Below, one piece after another: positions 37,699 through 47,517 of a stretch of 64,000 bases of DNA. Source of the DNA: a virus (taxonomy: Duplodnaviria > Caudoviricetes); IMG/VR virus record IMGVR_UViG_3300037067_026376, positions 1-64,000 of that record; one strand, 5' to 3'. The translations under genes and the position numbers were made by a program. The notes beneath the pieces were generated by a model. That model was not told where the DNA came from, searched no databases, and worked only from the letters and a program-made list of their open reading frames with translations. Within the stretch, counting starts at the first letter, position 1; the number at the start of each line of letters is the position of its first letter.

Positions 37699-38385
37699 TT
37701 ATTCAGATGTCAACAAATATTTTGACCACTGCGAACTCATGGCCTCCGCGATTCCAGAGAAAGTGAGTGATCTTATCTTTGATCTGTTTTTTGATGTGGG
37801 CAAAAAATCTAAATGATTTTTAGACCTTTTTGAAAGAACAGGATTATAATGAGTAAGGCTGTATTTTTTATTTTTCGCTATTAAATATTCCGGAGTTACA
37901 ATTTTTGTGGATATCAACAGTGGTAATCCTTTGATCCATAAACATGTGGATTTTGTTTCAGGATGTCCGAACATCCATGGTTGGATGATTTGATCCGGTT
38001 TTCTTAAAACTGTACTCATGCATCCTGTTGGATTTTCAATACATTTATGTGGAATGTCGCAATAATACAATTTTTTAAAAAAATCAATAGCTTCGAGTCT
38101 GGCTTTCCTTCGCTCCTGTCCTACTAAAACGCCTGATTTACGCGCAGGTTGGTCTTTTAACCATTTATTAGCTGTATTAGTGAGATAAGTACAAGGCGGA
38201 TGAAAAATACCTAAATCCCAGCCATCATCAAGATGTTTTAAAACATCATCCTGTATATGCCATTCCGGATGACCTCCCTCCGCCGGGATAATGTCGCAGG
38301 AATAAGCCTCGTGTCCTTTATCCCGAAAAGCCTTTGTTACTATTTGACTGAATTCACATCCTATTAAGACTTTAAGTTTTTTCAT
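37699..38385 (-). CDS. C5-cytosine methyltransferase-like protein
   Basis: VLIGCEFS, HPPCTYL (PC motif), IENP, QPWMFGH, KSTCLW. Confidence 0.75.
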   Translation of the reverse strand: MKKLKVLIGCEFSQIVTKAFRDKGHEAYSCDIIPAEGGHPEWHIQDDVLKHLDDGWDLGIFHPPCTYLTNTANKWLKDQPARKSGVLVGQERRKARLEAIDFFKKLYYCDIPHKCIENPTGCMSTVLRKPDQIIQPWMFGHPETKSTCLWIKGLPLLISTKIVTPEYLIAKNKKYSLTHYNPVLSKRSKNHLDFLPTSKNRSKIRSLTFSGIAEAMSSQWSKYLLTSE

Positions 38386-38659
38386 TTTTTTAGTAAAGGT
38401 CCCCGCCCGGGTAATTATAAAGGGTTGTAAAGTGTAGTTATTTTGTGAGGTCCCGGGCGGGATCACCAATATGTATTGGTACTTTATATATCGGATAAAA
38501 TCTATAAAAAGTCAATATTTTTTTTACTTAATATGAAGCCACCCGGCAGCTTCCTGTTCTGCCGGGTGGTTACTGCAATTCATTGTTTTTTTGAACTTAA
38601 ATTATCTCTATATCCTTTTTAAAATTAAATTTAATAACGCCTCTACTGAGTGCGTGACT

Positions 38660-39124
38660 TTATAAGTCCTTAAAAATACTATCGAATTTATCAGCCAACT
38701 TAGGATAAACTGTCTTAAGCGTATTTTTATATTCTGCACTTGTATCATTTAATTTTCCATTTATAACTAAATCAAAATCTGGAATCCATTTTTCAGGAAC
38801 TTTGAATATCCAGTAAGCAAACGTGGAATCAAAGTCATCATCATAATCCTCTAAGTATTCAGGCATATTTTGCATTTCATTATTTTGTTCTAAATAGCTT
38901 TCTCTGTTTCCTCCTCCTGTCCTCGTATAAATTGTTATTACTTTTTCAGTAACATTATTCTTTTTTAATGGAATTCCGAATTGATCCATTTCTGTATCTG
39001 AATTATTCGCACGTCCTGCAAAACAATCCCGGAATCTTGGATATTCATCAGGATGCTTTCCAAGCATTGGTAATATAAAAAATGTAGCAGGGTTCGCACC
39101 ATTTATTAAATTGTATAAACTCAT
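38660..39124 (-). CDS. Conserved hypothetical phage protein
   Basis: PRFRDC, IYTRTGGGNR, DDDFDSTFAY motifs. Confidence 0.6.
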   Translation of the reverse strand: MSLYNLINGANPATFFILPMLGKHPDEYPRFRDCFAGRANNSDTEMDQFGIPLKKNNVTEKVITIYTRTGGGNRESYLEQNNEMQNMPEYLEDYDDDFDSTFAYWIFKVPEKWIPDFDLVINGKLNDTSAEYKNTLKTVYPKLADKFDSIFKDL

Positions 39125-39164
39125 TCTCTTTACTCCTTCGTTATAATTAAACATCAATCTGATG

Positions 39165-39356
39165 TTATAAAGCCTTCCTGTAAAGCCTGCCACATCCTTC
39201 TTTTTTACATATCCAATATTTATTTTTATTCATATTTATAAGATTCACAGGTGAAAGATTTCCATTTTTATCAGTTTTAACGATCCTTATTTCATCTCCT
39301 TCATTTGCTATAAATTCATCCATTTCATTTCCACATTTATCACATAATAATGTCAT
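39165..39356 (-). CDS. Small Cys-containing protein
   Basis: CDKC and CKKEGC. Confidence 0.45.
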   Translation of the reverse strand: MTLLCDKCGNEMDEFIANEGDEIRIVKTDKNGNLSPVNLINMNKNKYWICKKEGCGRLYRKAL

Positions 39357-39357
39357 C

Positions 39358-39873
39358 TTATCCCTCCTGTTCTCCTGATAATAAAATAACTGTTTTATAA
39401 TCTATATCATATGCTTTAGCGGTTTGTTCATCGTTCCACTCTTCAATAAATTTATAGAGTTTTTCCACATTCACTATATCGTCAAAGTCTTCATACATCT
39501 GTTCTTCGGCGTTTTCTAAGGCAGAGTCAATATTAACTTTAAACTGATGCTCAGTGCATCCCCATGCCCATGTCGGAATATCGGTATCATCATTCAATTC
39601 ATAAAATTCAAGTAAGTCTTCATAGTCTCTAAAGTATTTATCATATCTATCATCATATAAATATTCTAATTTATAATCAGAGTATTTAATTTTATTTGCT
39701 TTTTCATATTTTATTTTAGCAGAACATTTTTCACATTGTAAATGGTACTGTTTTAATTCTACTCCGCATATATTGCATTTACAGGGTTCACAACATTTGT
39801 CTGCAAGTTCTTTGTCAAAAGATATTTTGCTGCAAATTGAACATTGGTATACTTCTATTTTTTTTGAGTTCAT
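39358..39873 (-). CDS. Cys-rich hypothetical protein
   Basis: Multiple CxxC motifs at the N-terminus. Confidence 0.55.
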   Translation of the reverse strand: MNSKKIEVYQCSICSKISFDKELADKCCEPCKCNICGVELKQYHLQCEKCSAKIKYEKANKIKYSDYKLEYLYDDRYDKYFRDYEDLLEFYELNDDTDIPTWAWGCTEHQFKVNIDSALENAEEQMYEDFDDIVNVEKLYKFIEEWNDEQTAKAYDIDYKTVILLSGEQEG

Positions 39874-39884
39874 ATCTGTTCTCC

Positions 39885-40607
39885 TTATACTTGATCAATT
39901 ACTAATGTTTCGCATAAAATGCCACAATCATCAACTATAGGCGGAGTATGTCGTCCTGATTCTGGATCGAGTTCATCAAGATAAATTCCCTTGATGCAAG
40001 TGCCATGAATAAGTCTTTCCATTTCTGCACGTTTTTTAAAAACTTCCGGGAAATCAATTCTTATATGATTCCAATATCCTTTTCCACCTTTAACGCATCC
40101 AATACAATTGTTATTATTATATCCAAGGTCATACATTACTGGACGCTTTATATTATTTGCTTTTAAAATTTCATGTGCTTTTTGTTTTGTAATATTATTT
40201 TCTATTAATGGAAAAATATGTTTCTGCCCCGGCATGGATTCAAGAATCCTATCGGCTCTATTTTTTTCGTTACAATCCAAACCCCAAATATAAATTAGCG
40301 ATTCAATCTGTTCAATTTCCCATTCTTTCCTGACACGTCTTTTTAAAAATTTTGTACAAGCTGCCCCAGCTACACCATTTATATATCCTCTGCCGCCAGA
40401 CATTCTACATGCATTTTCAACCGATTTATATGGCGATTGTAATATTTCTATTTCTTTTCCAAACCATTTTTCACAATCTTTTATAAATCTTAGAGTATCA
40501 GGATGTTGATCGTCTATATGAGTGTAAATTATTTTATCTATTTCATTTATTTTTAGTTTTGTTGCAACCGCAGAAGATACTCCAGCGGAAAACCATGATA
40601 CAACCAT
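39885..40607 (-). CDS. PAPS reductase-like (PP-loop) protein
   Basis: SWFSAGVSSAVA, HPDT, CTKFLK, NNNCIGCVKGG, CGILC. Confidence 0.8.
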   Translation of the reverse strand: MVVSWFSAGVSSAVATKLKINEIDKIIYTHIDDQHPDTLRFIKDCEKWFGKEIEILQSPYKSVENACRMSGGRGYINGVAGAACTKFLKRRVRKEWEIEQIESLIYIWGLDCNEKNRADRILESMPGQKHIFPLIENNITKQKAHEILKANNIKRPVMYDLGYNNNNCIGCVKGGKGYWNHIRIDFPEVFKKRAEMERLIHGTCIKGIYLDELDPESGRHTPPIVDDCGILCETLVIDQV

Positions 40608-40670
40608 ATCTATTCTCCTGATACTTGATTGACAACTTTAGTAAATTCATCACTATAAAATTGGTCTGGA

Positions 40671-40838
40671 TCATCTACAATATTTCTTTAACACTTCCAG
40701 CATCAACTTATTTTGTTCTTCGAGATAGTTAATGTATTTCTTGCATGTATCCAATTTATCAGGATGAGCAGTGCAAAATATTCCATAACATTCTTCTTTG
40801 CATTCTACTTTTTCAAATACTTCTCTTGATGTATTCAT
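40671..40838 (-). CDS. Small Cys-rich protein (55 aa)
   Basis: Hand-translated; LEEQNKLMLEVLK resembles the neighbouring paralogs. Confidence 0.45.
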   Translation of the reverse strand: MNTSREVFEKVECKEECYGIFCTAHPDKLDTCKKYINYLEEQNKLMLEVLKKYCR

Positions 40839-40847
40839 ATTGACCCC

Positions 40848-41369
40848 TTATATTTTATTTAAACATGCAAATTCACCAGAATATTTAATTGCAGCCTTGT
40901 TATATGCTTTTGCGGCTTGTAGTTTATTATTATATAGTCCTAAATAAATTTCTATATTATTTATTCTTATATGACTTTGCCATTTATTAGATGCTTTATG
41001 CCAAGATACACCTTTGTAGCCAGATATATTATTTTTTGGCATTTTCATATTTTTTGAATTTTCAGCATGTGTACATATTCTTAAATTTTTCTTTTGATTA
41101 TCTAATGTATTATGATTAATATGATCTATTATAATTTTAGAATCTACAATATCTAAAATCAATCGATGTAACTTTAAATGTTTTTTATCTTTTTTATTGG
41201 TTATGCAATAAAAATTTTTTATATGTGGGCTATAGTTTACATGCCATTTAAAATAATTAATTTTATTCCAATCCTCCGAATCAATTACAACTTCTTTATT
41301 TCCATATTTCTTAGATATAATAAGAAATTTTAATACTTTATCGTCTTGATATATTATCTTATTTATCAT
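40848..41369 (-). CDS. HNH-AP2 homing endonuclease
   Basis: LHRLIL...DHINHNTLDNQKKNLR; AP2 SGYKGVSW...YLGLY...AAKAYN. Confidence 0.9.
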   Translation of the reverse strand: MINKIIYQDDKVLKFLIISKKYGNKEVVIDSEDWNKINYFKWHVNYSPHIKNFYCITNKKDKKHLKLHRLILDIVDSKIIIDHINHNTLDNQKKNLRICTHAENSKNMKMPKNNISGYKGVSWHKASNKWQSHIRINNIEIYLGLYNNKLQAAKAYNKAAIKYSGEFACLNKI

Positions 41370-41370
41370 T

Positions 41371-41661
41371 TTATTTCTCCATCTTTTGGATTAACTGTTT
41401 ATTATTATTAAGATCTAAATCAGGTTCCCAATTATTATCAAAAAAGTTTTCCACTGGTTCTTCATTACCATTTAAATGCCATCCTATTATTTTTAAATTT
41501 TGTCCATAAAGAGAAGATTGAATATTTTCCAATGTACTGTTTGTTATCTTTAACGCTTCCATCAATTCTGCCTTTTGTCGTTCCAGAATTGTTATCACGC
41601 ATTCTTCAGGATAATTCAATCTTTTCGGGCAGTCTTTACAATAGAATTGATTACATGTCAT
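41371..41661 (-). CDS. Tandem paralog 1 (LExxxAEL...QKMEK family)
   Basis: Shared motifs and a 28-bp junction repeat. Confidence 0.6.
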   Translation of the reverse strand: MTCNQFYCKDCPKRLNYPEECVITILERQKAELMEALKITNSTLENIQSSLYGQNLKIIGWHLNGNEEPVENFFDNNWEPDLDLNNNKQLIQKMEK

Positions 41662-41662
41662 T

Positions 41663-41917
41663 TTATTTCTCCATCTTTTGGATTAAATTATCCACAACCG
41701 AAAATTCACAGTTTATTTTGTTGTCATAAAATGGGCATATCCCATTACAATCATAACAATAATGTTTTTTTATTGTTTTATCGATTCGTTTTAAAGATGC
41801 AAGCAACTCCGCCTTATCCGCTTCCAGCTTCTTTTGTATTAATTTTTCCATTTCTCGAAATTTACTTTCAGTAATAGGTATATCGTTTTCTGATATAAAA
41901 TTTCTTAATTCGTTCAT
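41663..41917 (-). CDS. Tandem paralog 2
   Basis: KLEADKAELL...LIQKMEK. Confidence 0.6.
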   Translation of the reverse strand: MNELRNFISENDIPITESKFREMEKLIQKKLEADKAELLASLKRIDKTIKKHYCYDCNGICPFYDNKINCEFSVVDNLIQKMEK

Positions 41918-41918
41918 T

Positions 41919-42188
41919 TTATTTTTCCTCCATCTTTTGTACTATTTGATTTAATAATTTATGAAATGTGGAAGTTGGTCTGATTGAATTAAGTTTATTT
42001 CTATTCAAATATTCTGCAATTTCCTTTGATAGATTTAATAGTTCTGCATTATCCGCTTCCAGCTTTGCTATCATGGATTGTTCTTGAGCTAAAATCGCAT
42101 TAGTCATATCATCAGGCCAGTCTTGATTACCTTCTATGCAACCAAGAATTATGGTTTTTATTTCTGCTTTACGCTTTTCCCAGTTCAT
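41919..42188 (-). CDS. Tandem paralog 3
   Basis: KLEADNAELL...QKMEEK. Confidence 0.6.
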   Translation of the reverse strand: MNWEKRKAEIKTIILGCIEGNQDWPDDMTNAILAQEQSMIAKLEADNAELLNLSKEIAEYLNRNKLNSIRPTSTFHKLLNQIVQKMEEK

Positions 42189-42424
42189 ACTTATATCTGC
42201 TTGTTATTTAATGTCCCTGTCATATATAATACATTTTATATTTTATTGTTTTTTCCATATTTTGATTTATGCAATATCTAAAATTTTATCAAGAATTCGT
42301 AATAAAGTTTCAGTATCTATCTCATTTGGCAATCTGCTATTTGTAGATTTTCCAGCACATTCTTTTTTTTCGCAATGTCCGCAAATACCCATCTCTTATT
42401 TAAATTTAGAATATGCTTTATATA

Positions 42425-43336
42425 TTATTCCTCAACAATATCTTTTACTATTTCTTTCGCATCTTTATCAGATAAAGATCCCGGATCCCCTTCAGACAAT
42501 ACAATTATTTCTGATTTTACTCTTAAACCTTTAAGTTTTTTATATAATTCCTCTGCTTTTTTTTGAGCTTCTGCTTCCGGGTCAAACATAATTGATACTT
42601 TTTCAAATCTTGATGCTATCAAATTCACCTGGGCATCTGTGTATCCAGTTCCGAAAGTCGCTGCAGCATAATCTCCCAATTTCCATTTATCCAGGATCCC
42701 TTCCACGATAATTACGTGGTTGCCGGGAACATCATCTATGCCGTAAAGGATATCTTTGTGATGTACAATTTCCAGGTCCTCGGGGTAAGTCATATATCGC
42801 ACATCAGCTTTTCCAGTATAATTTCTTCCTTGAAAGGAAATTATATTTCTTTGATAATATATCGGAATGATAATTCTAAAAGCGAACAAATTTTTATTTT
42901 TAATAAAACCTATGGGACCACAACACCTTAAATTATATTTTTTAATTAAATAATCAGGATCGAATCCGCGTCTATATAGATAATCTTTGGCTTGATTGTT
43001 GAGTTCTATAGTTCCTATAGGCCATTCTATTTTTTTTGCATGTTGTTTTTCTTTATTCATTTTGGAATAAATAATATCTGATTGATCGAATGAAAATTTA
43101 TATTGTCGAGAAATGGAGTTCCATGATATTCCAGTTAAGTTATATATAGCGTCAGGAAGAGGAATTTTTCCACATTTAAAACAATAAAAAATATTGTAAT
43201 CTTTATGAATTGCCCCATGAAGTTTTCCGGGTGAAGAATTACAATACGGGCATGTACATTCCCACCACCCCCTAGAATTAGGACCTGAATAATTTATATT
43301 ATAATTTAAAAAAAATTGTTCCCAATTATATATCAT
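42425..43336 (-). CDS. DNA primase (Zn finger plus TOPRIM)
   Basis: CPYC...CFKC, IIIPIY, FQGR, IIVEGILD, FDPE, DPG. Confidence 0.88.
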   Translation of the reverse strand: MIYNWEQFFLNYNINYSGPNSRGWWECTCPYCNSSPGKLHGAIHKDYNIFYCFKCGKIPLPDAIYNLTGISWNSISRQYKFSFDQSDIIYSKMNKEKQHAKKIEWPIGTIELNNQAKDYLYRRGFDPDYLIKKYNLRCCGPIGFIKNKNLFAFRIIIPIYYQRNIISFQGRNYTGKADVRYMTYPEDLEIVHHKDILYGIDDVPGNHVIIVEGILDKWKLGDYAAATFGTGYTDAQVNLIASRFEKVSIMFDPEAEAQKKAEELYKKLKGLRVKSEIIVLSEGDPGSLSDKDAKEIVKDIVEE

Positions 43337-44072
43337 TTAGATATGCGAACTCTCCATGATATATTAATGCCGCTTCATTATATGCTTTTGCTGCTCCTAT
43401 TTTATCTTCAAAACAGCCTAAATGAATAATTTTATTATTATATTCAATTACGGCTTTCCATTTTTTAGCGCCTTTGTGCCAGCTAACACCTTTATATCCA
43501 GAAGTATTATTTTTAGTTAATCCTCTATTTGACATATTTTGTTGATGCGTACATTGCCTTATGTTGGATTCTAAATTATTTAATCCATTCCTATCTTTAT
43601 GATCTATCATTTTATTTTTAGTTTTAAACAATAATTCATGAATAGAAATAGTTAATTTTTTATTTTTTATTGGAAAGGTTGTTGTTGCATAAAAAGTTCC
43701 AGGTCTTTTTATAACACGCCATCTATATTCTTTAATTTTATTATAATTTTTAGTATCAATTAAAATTTCAAAATTTCCATATTTAGGGGATTCAATTAAA
43801 AATTTTGTAATATCTTCATCTTGATAAATAAGTTTATGTGATTTTCTTTTTTGTGTTTTTGACCAATGATGATTTATAAATTTTTTTGGTTTTCCTTCAA
43901 ACATTTTGGTTAATAGTCCACAACCACATTTACAAAAATGTGTAGTATTAACAGTGGGATAATTTTTTCTGGTAGAGTGTCCTTTGATAAAATTATTATA
44001 TTTTTTTGTATATTTACTCTTCATAGTAAACTTTCCGCAGCCGCATTCACAGAGTTTTGGTATATTTTCCAT
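43326..44072 (-). CDS. HNH-AP2 endonuclease with CxCGCG repeats
   Basis: CECGCG, CKCGCG, DHKDRNGLNN, SGYKGVSW, AAKAYN. Confidence 0.88.
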   Translation of the reverse strand: MENIPKLCECGCGKFTMKSKYTKKYNNFIKGHSTRKNYPTVNTTHFCKCGCGLLTKMFEGKPKKFINHHWSKTQKRKSHKLIYQDEDITKFLIESPKYGNFEILIDTKNYNKIKEYRWRVIKRPGTFYATTTFPIKNKKLTISIHELLFKTKNKMIDHKDRNGLNNLESNIRQCTHQQNMSNRGLTKNNTSGYKGVSWHKGAKKWKAVIEYNNKIIHLGCFEDKIGAAKAYNEAALIYHGEFAYLNDI

Positions 44073-44073
44073 T

Positions 44074-44439
44074 TTAACCCTTGTCCTCCCAATATGATGG
44101 AGGATTAGCGTTTGTGATATCTTCCGGGCTATAATTAAATATATCTAATATCTGCCACAATGCGTCCTGTTTGCTTTGTAAAGTGTTTTCTTGCACTGCT
44201 CTAACTGCTATCCTTTTAATCTCGTTTAGATCACTTTCTGTAATATATGCCATTATCTTCTCCTTATATATTTTATATTTATAATTTCTATGTTCTCTAA
44301 TTGCTTTTGTTTGTCTCTCTTTTATGTAATATTGTTTTGATCCACCTCTTTTTTGCCTTAACTTTTTATTTAATTCTAATCTTTCAGGGAATAAAATAAA
44401 TTGTATTAATCTTTTATCAACTTTAAAGGAACGAGCCAT
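44074..44439 (-). CDS. Hypothetical protein (start uncertain)
   Basis: ORF; may start at internal MAYITES. Confidence 0.4.
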   Translation of the reverse strand: MARSFKVDKRLIQFILFPERLELNKKLRQKRGGSKQYYIKERQTKAIREHRNYKYKIYKEKIMAYITESDLNEIKRIAVRAVQENTLQSKQDALWQILDIFNYSPEDITNANPPSYWEDKG

Positions 44440-44574
44440 GCCCCCGGATAGAATTTCCTTCCTGATATAATTTTTTAATTTGTTCCCTATCTGTTTCAGA
44501 TAATTTTATCCTCCGGTCTTTATCAATCTGCTTTAGAATGAATCTGTTCCTTTTATTTTCAAAAGCGTATGGCA

Positions 44575-44856
44575 TTATTTTATTTTTCTTTTATTATAAG
44601 TTTCAGGATTGCAAACAGGGCAATATCTTTTTGCATTTTTTTGATTCTTTAATCTTCTCTCAAAATTTTGATCACCATCTTCCCAGATTCTGACCACTTT
44701 ATAATTAATGCCTGCAATATTCAGCGCCCGGAGAAGTTTAGCCCCATTACCTGCGCGATGTCTTTCCAGTCTTTTCTCCATATTTCCATCTTTACAGAAC
44801 CCCAGGTAATGACAGCAGCCTTTGTAATCACGGTCAAAATGTATGAAATATACCAT
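44575..44856 (-). CDS. Small GIY-YIG endonuclease-like protein
   Basis: MVYFIHF...HYLG...RLERHRAGNGAKLL...ERRLK...CPVC. Confidence 0.75.
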   Translation of the reverse strand: MVYFIHFDRDYKGCCHYLGFCKDGNMEKRLERHRAGNGAKLLRALNIAGINYKVVRIWEDGDQNFERRLKNQKNAKRYCPVCNPETYNKRKIK

Positions 44857-45107
44857 TATTTTGTCCTTAATTCATTTATTGAAGGTGCATATAATTTTGA
44901 TTCCCACATCAAATTAAAACCATACATAGATTCTATCTGGTAATGCCACCATCGTTTATGTTTTCCGAAATATTTATATATTATTTGCGGAATAGGCTCG
45001 TTAAGTAACAATAAAACTATATGATGTTTATAATGATCCTGATGATTATAAAAACAATCACCTGGTTCTAAATTAAATATATTTTGATCAAAATCTTTAT
45101 TATCCAT
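44856..45107 (-). CDS. Hypothetical protein
   Basis: Operon-packed ORF. Confidence 0.45.
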   Translation of the reverse strand: MDNKDFDQNIFNLEPGDCFYNHQDHYKHHIVLLLLNEPIPQIIYKYFGKHKRWWHYQIESMYGFNLMWESKLYAPSINELRTK

Positions 45108-46960
45108 TACTTTTTCCTGTATCTATTCATTAAAATTGTAAGCATATTCTCATCTTCAGGTGCTTCTCCGTCCATGATAGCTGTTATTACCTGCCTCTTC
45201 TTATCTATTATTTCCGCCATATCCTCATCGATAGTATTTTCTCCGAGGAGATAATATATATTCACAGAAGCTGCTTTCTGTCCTATTCTTAAACTTCTAT
45301 CTTCTGCCTGATCATGAGACGCCGGGATCCAATCCAATTCAATGAAAGCTACATTACTTGCAGCAGTCAAAGTAATACCCATGCCGGCAGCTTTTATGTT
45401 TCCTGCAAATAATTTTATATCAGGGTTGTTCTGAAACTCATCTACAGATTTCTGCTTCTGATTCATGTTATCCCTGCCGTCAAGTTTTACCGCAATATCA
45501 GGATATTTCTTCATAATCATATCTATAGCGGAGTGATGAACACAAAATAGTATAAGTTTTTCTCCAGATTCCAGGAACGTATCTATCCAGGAAAATATCT
45601 GCTCCCTTTTTCCAGCTACAGTTAATTGTTTTAATTTTTCAAATTTAACGAGAACTTCCGCCATTGTAGCGCGAATAGCTGATTCCTGCCCTTCCGTTTC
45701 ATGCAGATAATTTATAATGTCCGCTTCAGCTTTTTCATATTCCTTTCTGTTATTTATTTCCATGGGGATAACACTTCTCTGCTTGAGGGGAAGATCCTTT
45801 AGGACGTCTTTTTTTAATCTGCGTATCATGAATGAATTTACAAGGATTTTATGCAGCTTATCAGTATTGCTATGCCCTTTGAAACCGTCTTCCATACTTC
45901 CACAATATTCCATTCCGAAATGATACCAGTTAGGGAATAATTTTGGATCAAGCATATTTAAAGTGGTAAAAAATTCTATTGGCCGGTTCATAATTGGAGT
46001 TCCGGAGAGGCATATTATTTTTTCCATTTTTCTTGATATTTTTTTGACCGCTTTCGTTCTCATTGCCTTCGGGTTTTTGATAGCTGAGGATTCATCTATG
46101 ATCATTATCTTAAAATTCATTTCCATTAGTAATTCAAGGTAATCTTTTAATATGTCATAATTTATGATCGTTATCTTTTTATCATCATAGAACACGGATT
46201 GCCGTCCCTGTATGATTTGAACGTTATCACCTTCTTCCGGCATCCATTTCTTAATTTCCCTATGCCAGTTAAGTTTAAGAGTTGCCGGTACTACTATGAG
46301 CGCAGGTCTTAATTCGGGATGTAACTTCATATAGACAATTGATTGTGCACTTTTTCCAAGGCCCATATCGTCTGCGAGTAATGCCCTGCCATTGAATTTT
46401 TCAAGTAGCTGCACTCCTTCCTCTTGGAAGGGATATAACTTCAATCCTGTTTGCAGCGAGACATTGATATCGGCAGGCTTCACTTCTTCTATTTTTCCAC
46501 CTTTAATCTCAAACCCTAATTCGCTCAGCTTATCATAACTGTATTTATTCGCAGGCAGGCTCCACTGCTTTTCATCTTTATTCCATACCCTGCCCGGCAG
46601 CCTCCGTATTTCTTCCAGAATTTTTTTAAATTCTTCTGTCGATCCGCCGAAATTAAGATAAATCATATCATTTTTAACTGCTGCGGTTTTATATGATGGT
46701 CTTACTATCTGCTGATCCGTAGGCGAAGGCACGGGTATTTTGTCGTAAAGTATTTCCATTCCTGAAAGCTGATTTTTGTATTTGCTCAACATTTTATGCA
46801 CAGCATTCGCCATGTTATAAGTCCATGACGGTTTCGCCGCCAGGTCTCGTGCGAATGGAGAATCAAACCTATTAAACCCCTGCTGATCCTGTGATGATGC
46901 GCCGTCACATACATTATTTAGTGCTGTCAGTGCCTGTCTTAACTCGGTATAGTTTTCCAT
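45107..46960 (-). CDS. SNF2-family helicase/translocase
   Basis: LADDMGLGKS, IIDES, LSGTPIMNR, GITLT, QAEDRSLRIGQ. Confidence 0.93.
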   Translation of the reverse strand: MENYTELRQALTALNNVCDGASSQDQQGFNRFDSPFARDLAAKPSWTYNMANAVHKMLSKYKNQLSGMEILYDKIPVPSPTDQQIVRPSYKTAAVKNDMIYLNFGGSTEEFKKILEEIRRLPGRVWNKDEKQWSLPANKYSYDKLSELGFEIKGGKIEEVKPADINVSLQTGLKLYPFQEEGVQLLEKFNGRALLADDMGLGKSAQSIVYMKLHPELRPALIVVPATLKLNWHREIKKWMPEEGDNVQIIQGRQSVFYDDKKITIINYDILKDYLELLMEMNFKIMIIDESSAIKNPKAMRTKAVKKISRKMEKIICLSGTPIMNRPIEFFTTLNMLDPKLFPNWYHFGMEYCGSMEDGFKGHSNTDKLHKILVNSFMIRRLKKDVLKDLPLKQRSVIPMEINNRKEYEKAEADIINYLHETEGQESAIRATMAEVLVKFEKLKQLTVAGKREQIFSWIDTFLESGEKLILFCVHHSAIDMIMKKYPDIAVKLDGRDNMNQKQKSVDEFQNNPDIKLFAGNIKAAGMGITLTAASNVAFIELDWIPASHDQAEDRSLRIGQKAASVNIYYLLGENTIDEDMAEIIDKKRQVITAIMDGEAPEDENMLTILMNRYRKK

Positions 46961-47009
46961 AGTTTTAGCCCTTTATATATTATATATCGGAATATTTATT
47001 GTTTTTATC

Positions 47010-47036
47010 AAAAGAAAACCCCGCTCTCACGGGGTT
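47010..47036 (-). terminator. Intrinsic terminator closing the cassette array
   Basis: AACCCCG-UGAGAG-CGGGGUU followed by UUCUUUU on the minus strand. Confidence 0.7.
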
Positions 47037-47041
47037 ATTAT

Positions 47042-47233
47042 TCATTGTTTTTGCAGATATAAATCAAAGCGTAATTTATTACTGCCCCAGTTTAATGAAA
47101 CAAGCCTTAAAGCATCTGACCATTTCGTAGCAAGGGCATTTTTACTGGAGTAAGGAACAATCCCAATTTCAACGATCCAATTCTCGTCTATTCTTACATC
47201 GTTAAGTGTTTCTTTCAATTCTTTTACTGTCAT
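47042..47233 (-). CDS. Array gene, hypothetical
   Basis: Preceded by element 1. Confidence 0.6.
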   Translation of the reverse strand: MTVKELKETLNDVRIDENWIVEIGIVPYSSKNALATKWSDALRLVSLNWGSNKLRFDLYLQKQ

Positions 47234-47313
47234 AATAATTATCCCTTTATAATTATAGATTTGTAAACCCTCAAGGGTTTATGTAAGTCCCCCGCAGGAG
47301 ACAAACATAAAAC
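47234..47313 (-). repeat. Double-hairpin intergenic element 1
   Basis: TAAACCCT/AGGGTTTA; TTATGT-aa-GTCCCC..GGAGAC-aa-ACATAA; CCCTTTATAATT. Confidence 0.85.
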
Positions 47314-47505
47314 TTAGAAGTTCATCATAATTGATTTATCTATTTCTTCTTTTGAATATTCCACTTCCGATTCCCAATAATTTTTGATTTTACATTTGTT
47401 ATTCTGGTCAAAAATTACTTTTCTAAGTTTAGGACCATCGTTTATCAAATAATTAGATTTTGCAATAGCATAATAAATATTATTTTCTTTAAAAAAAGTT
47501 ATCAT
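47314..47505 (-). CDS. Array gene, hypothetical
   Basis: GGAGG RBS, coupled to the sigma-like gene. Confidence 0.55.
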   Translation of the reverse strand: MITFFKENNIYYAIAKSNYLINDGPKLRKVIFDQNNKCKIKNYWESEVEYSKEEIDKSIMMNF

Positions 47506-47517
47506 ATAAATCCTCCG

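Noticed and set aside
38540-38570. Intrinsic terminator from the 11-bp CCACCCGGCAG inverted repeat
   Set aside because: Strong hairpin but no U-tract directly after it on either strand, so its function cannot be assigned.
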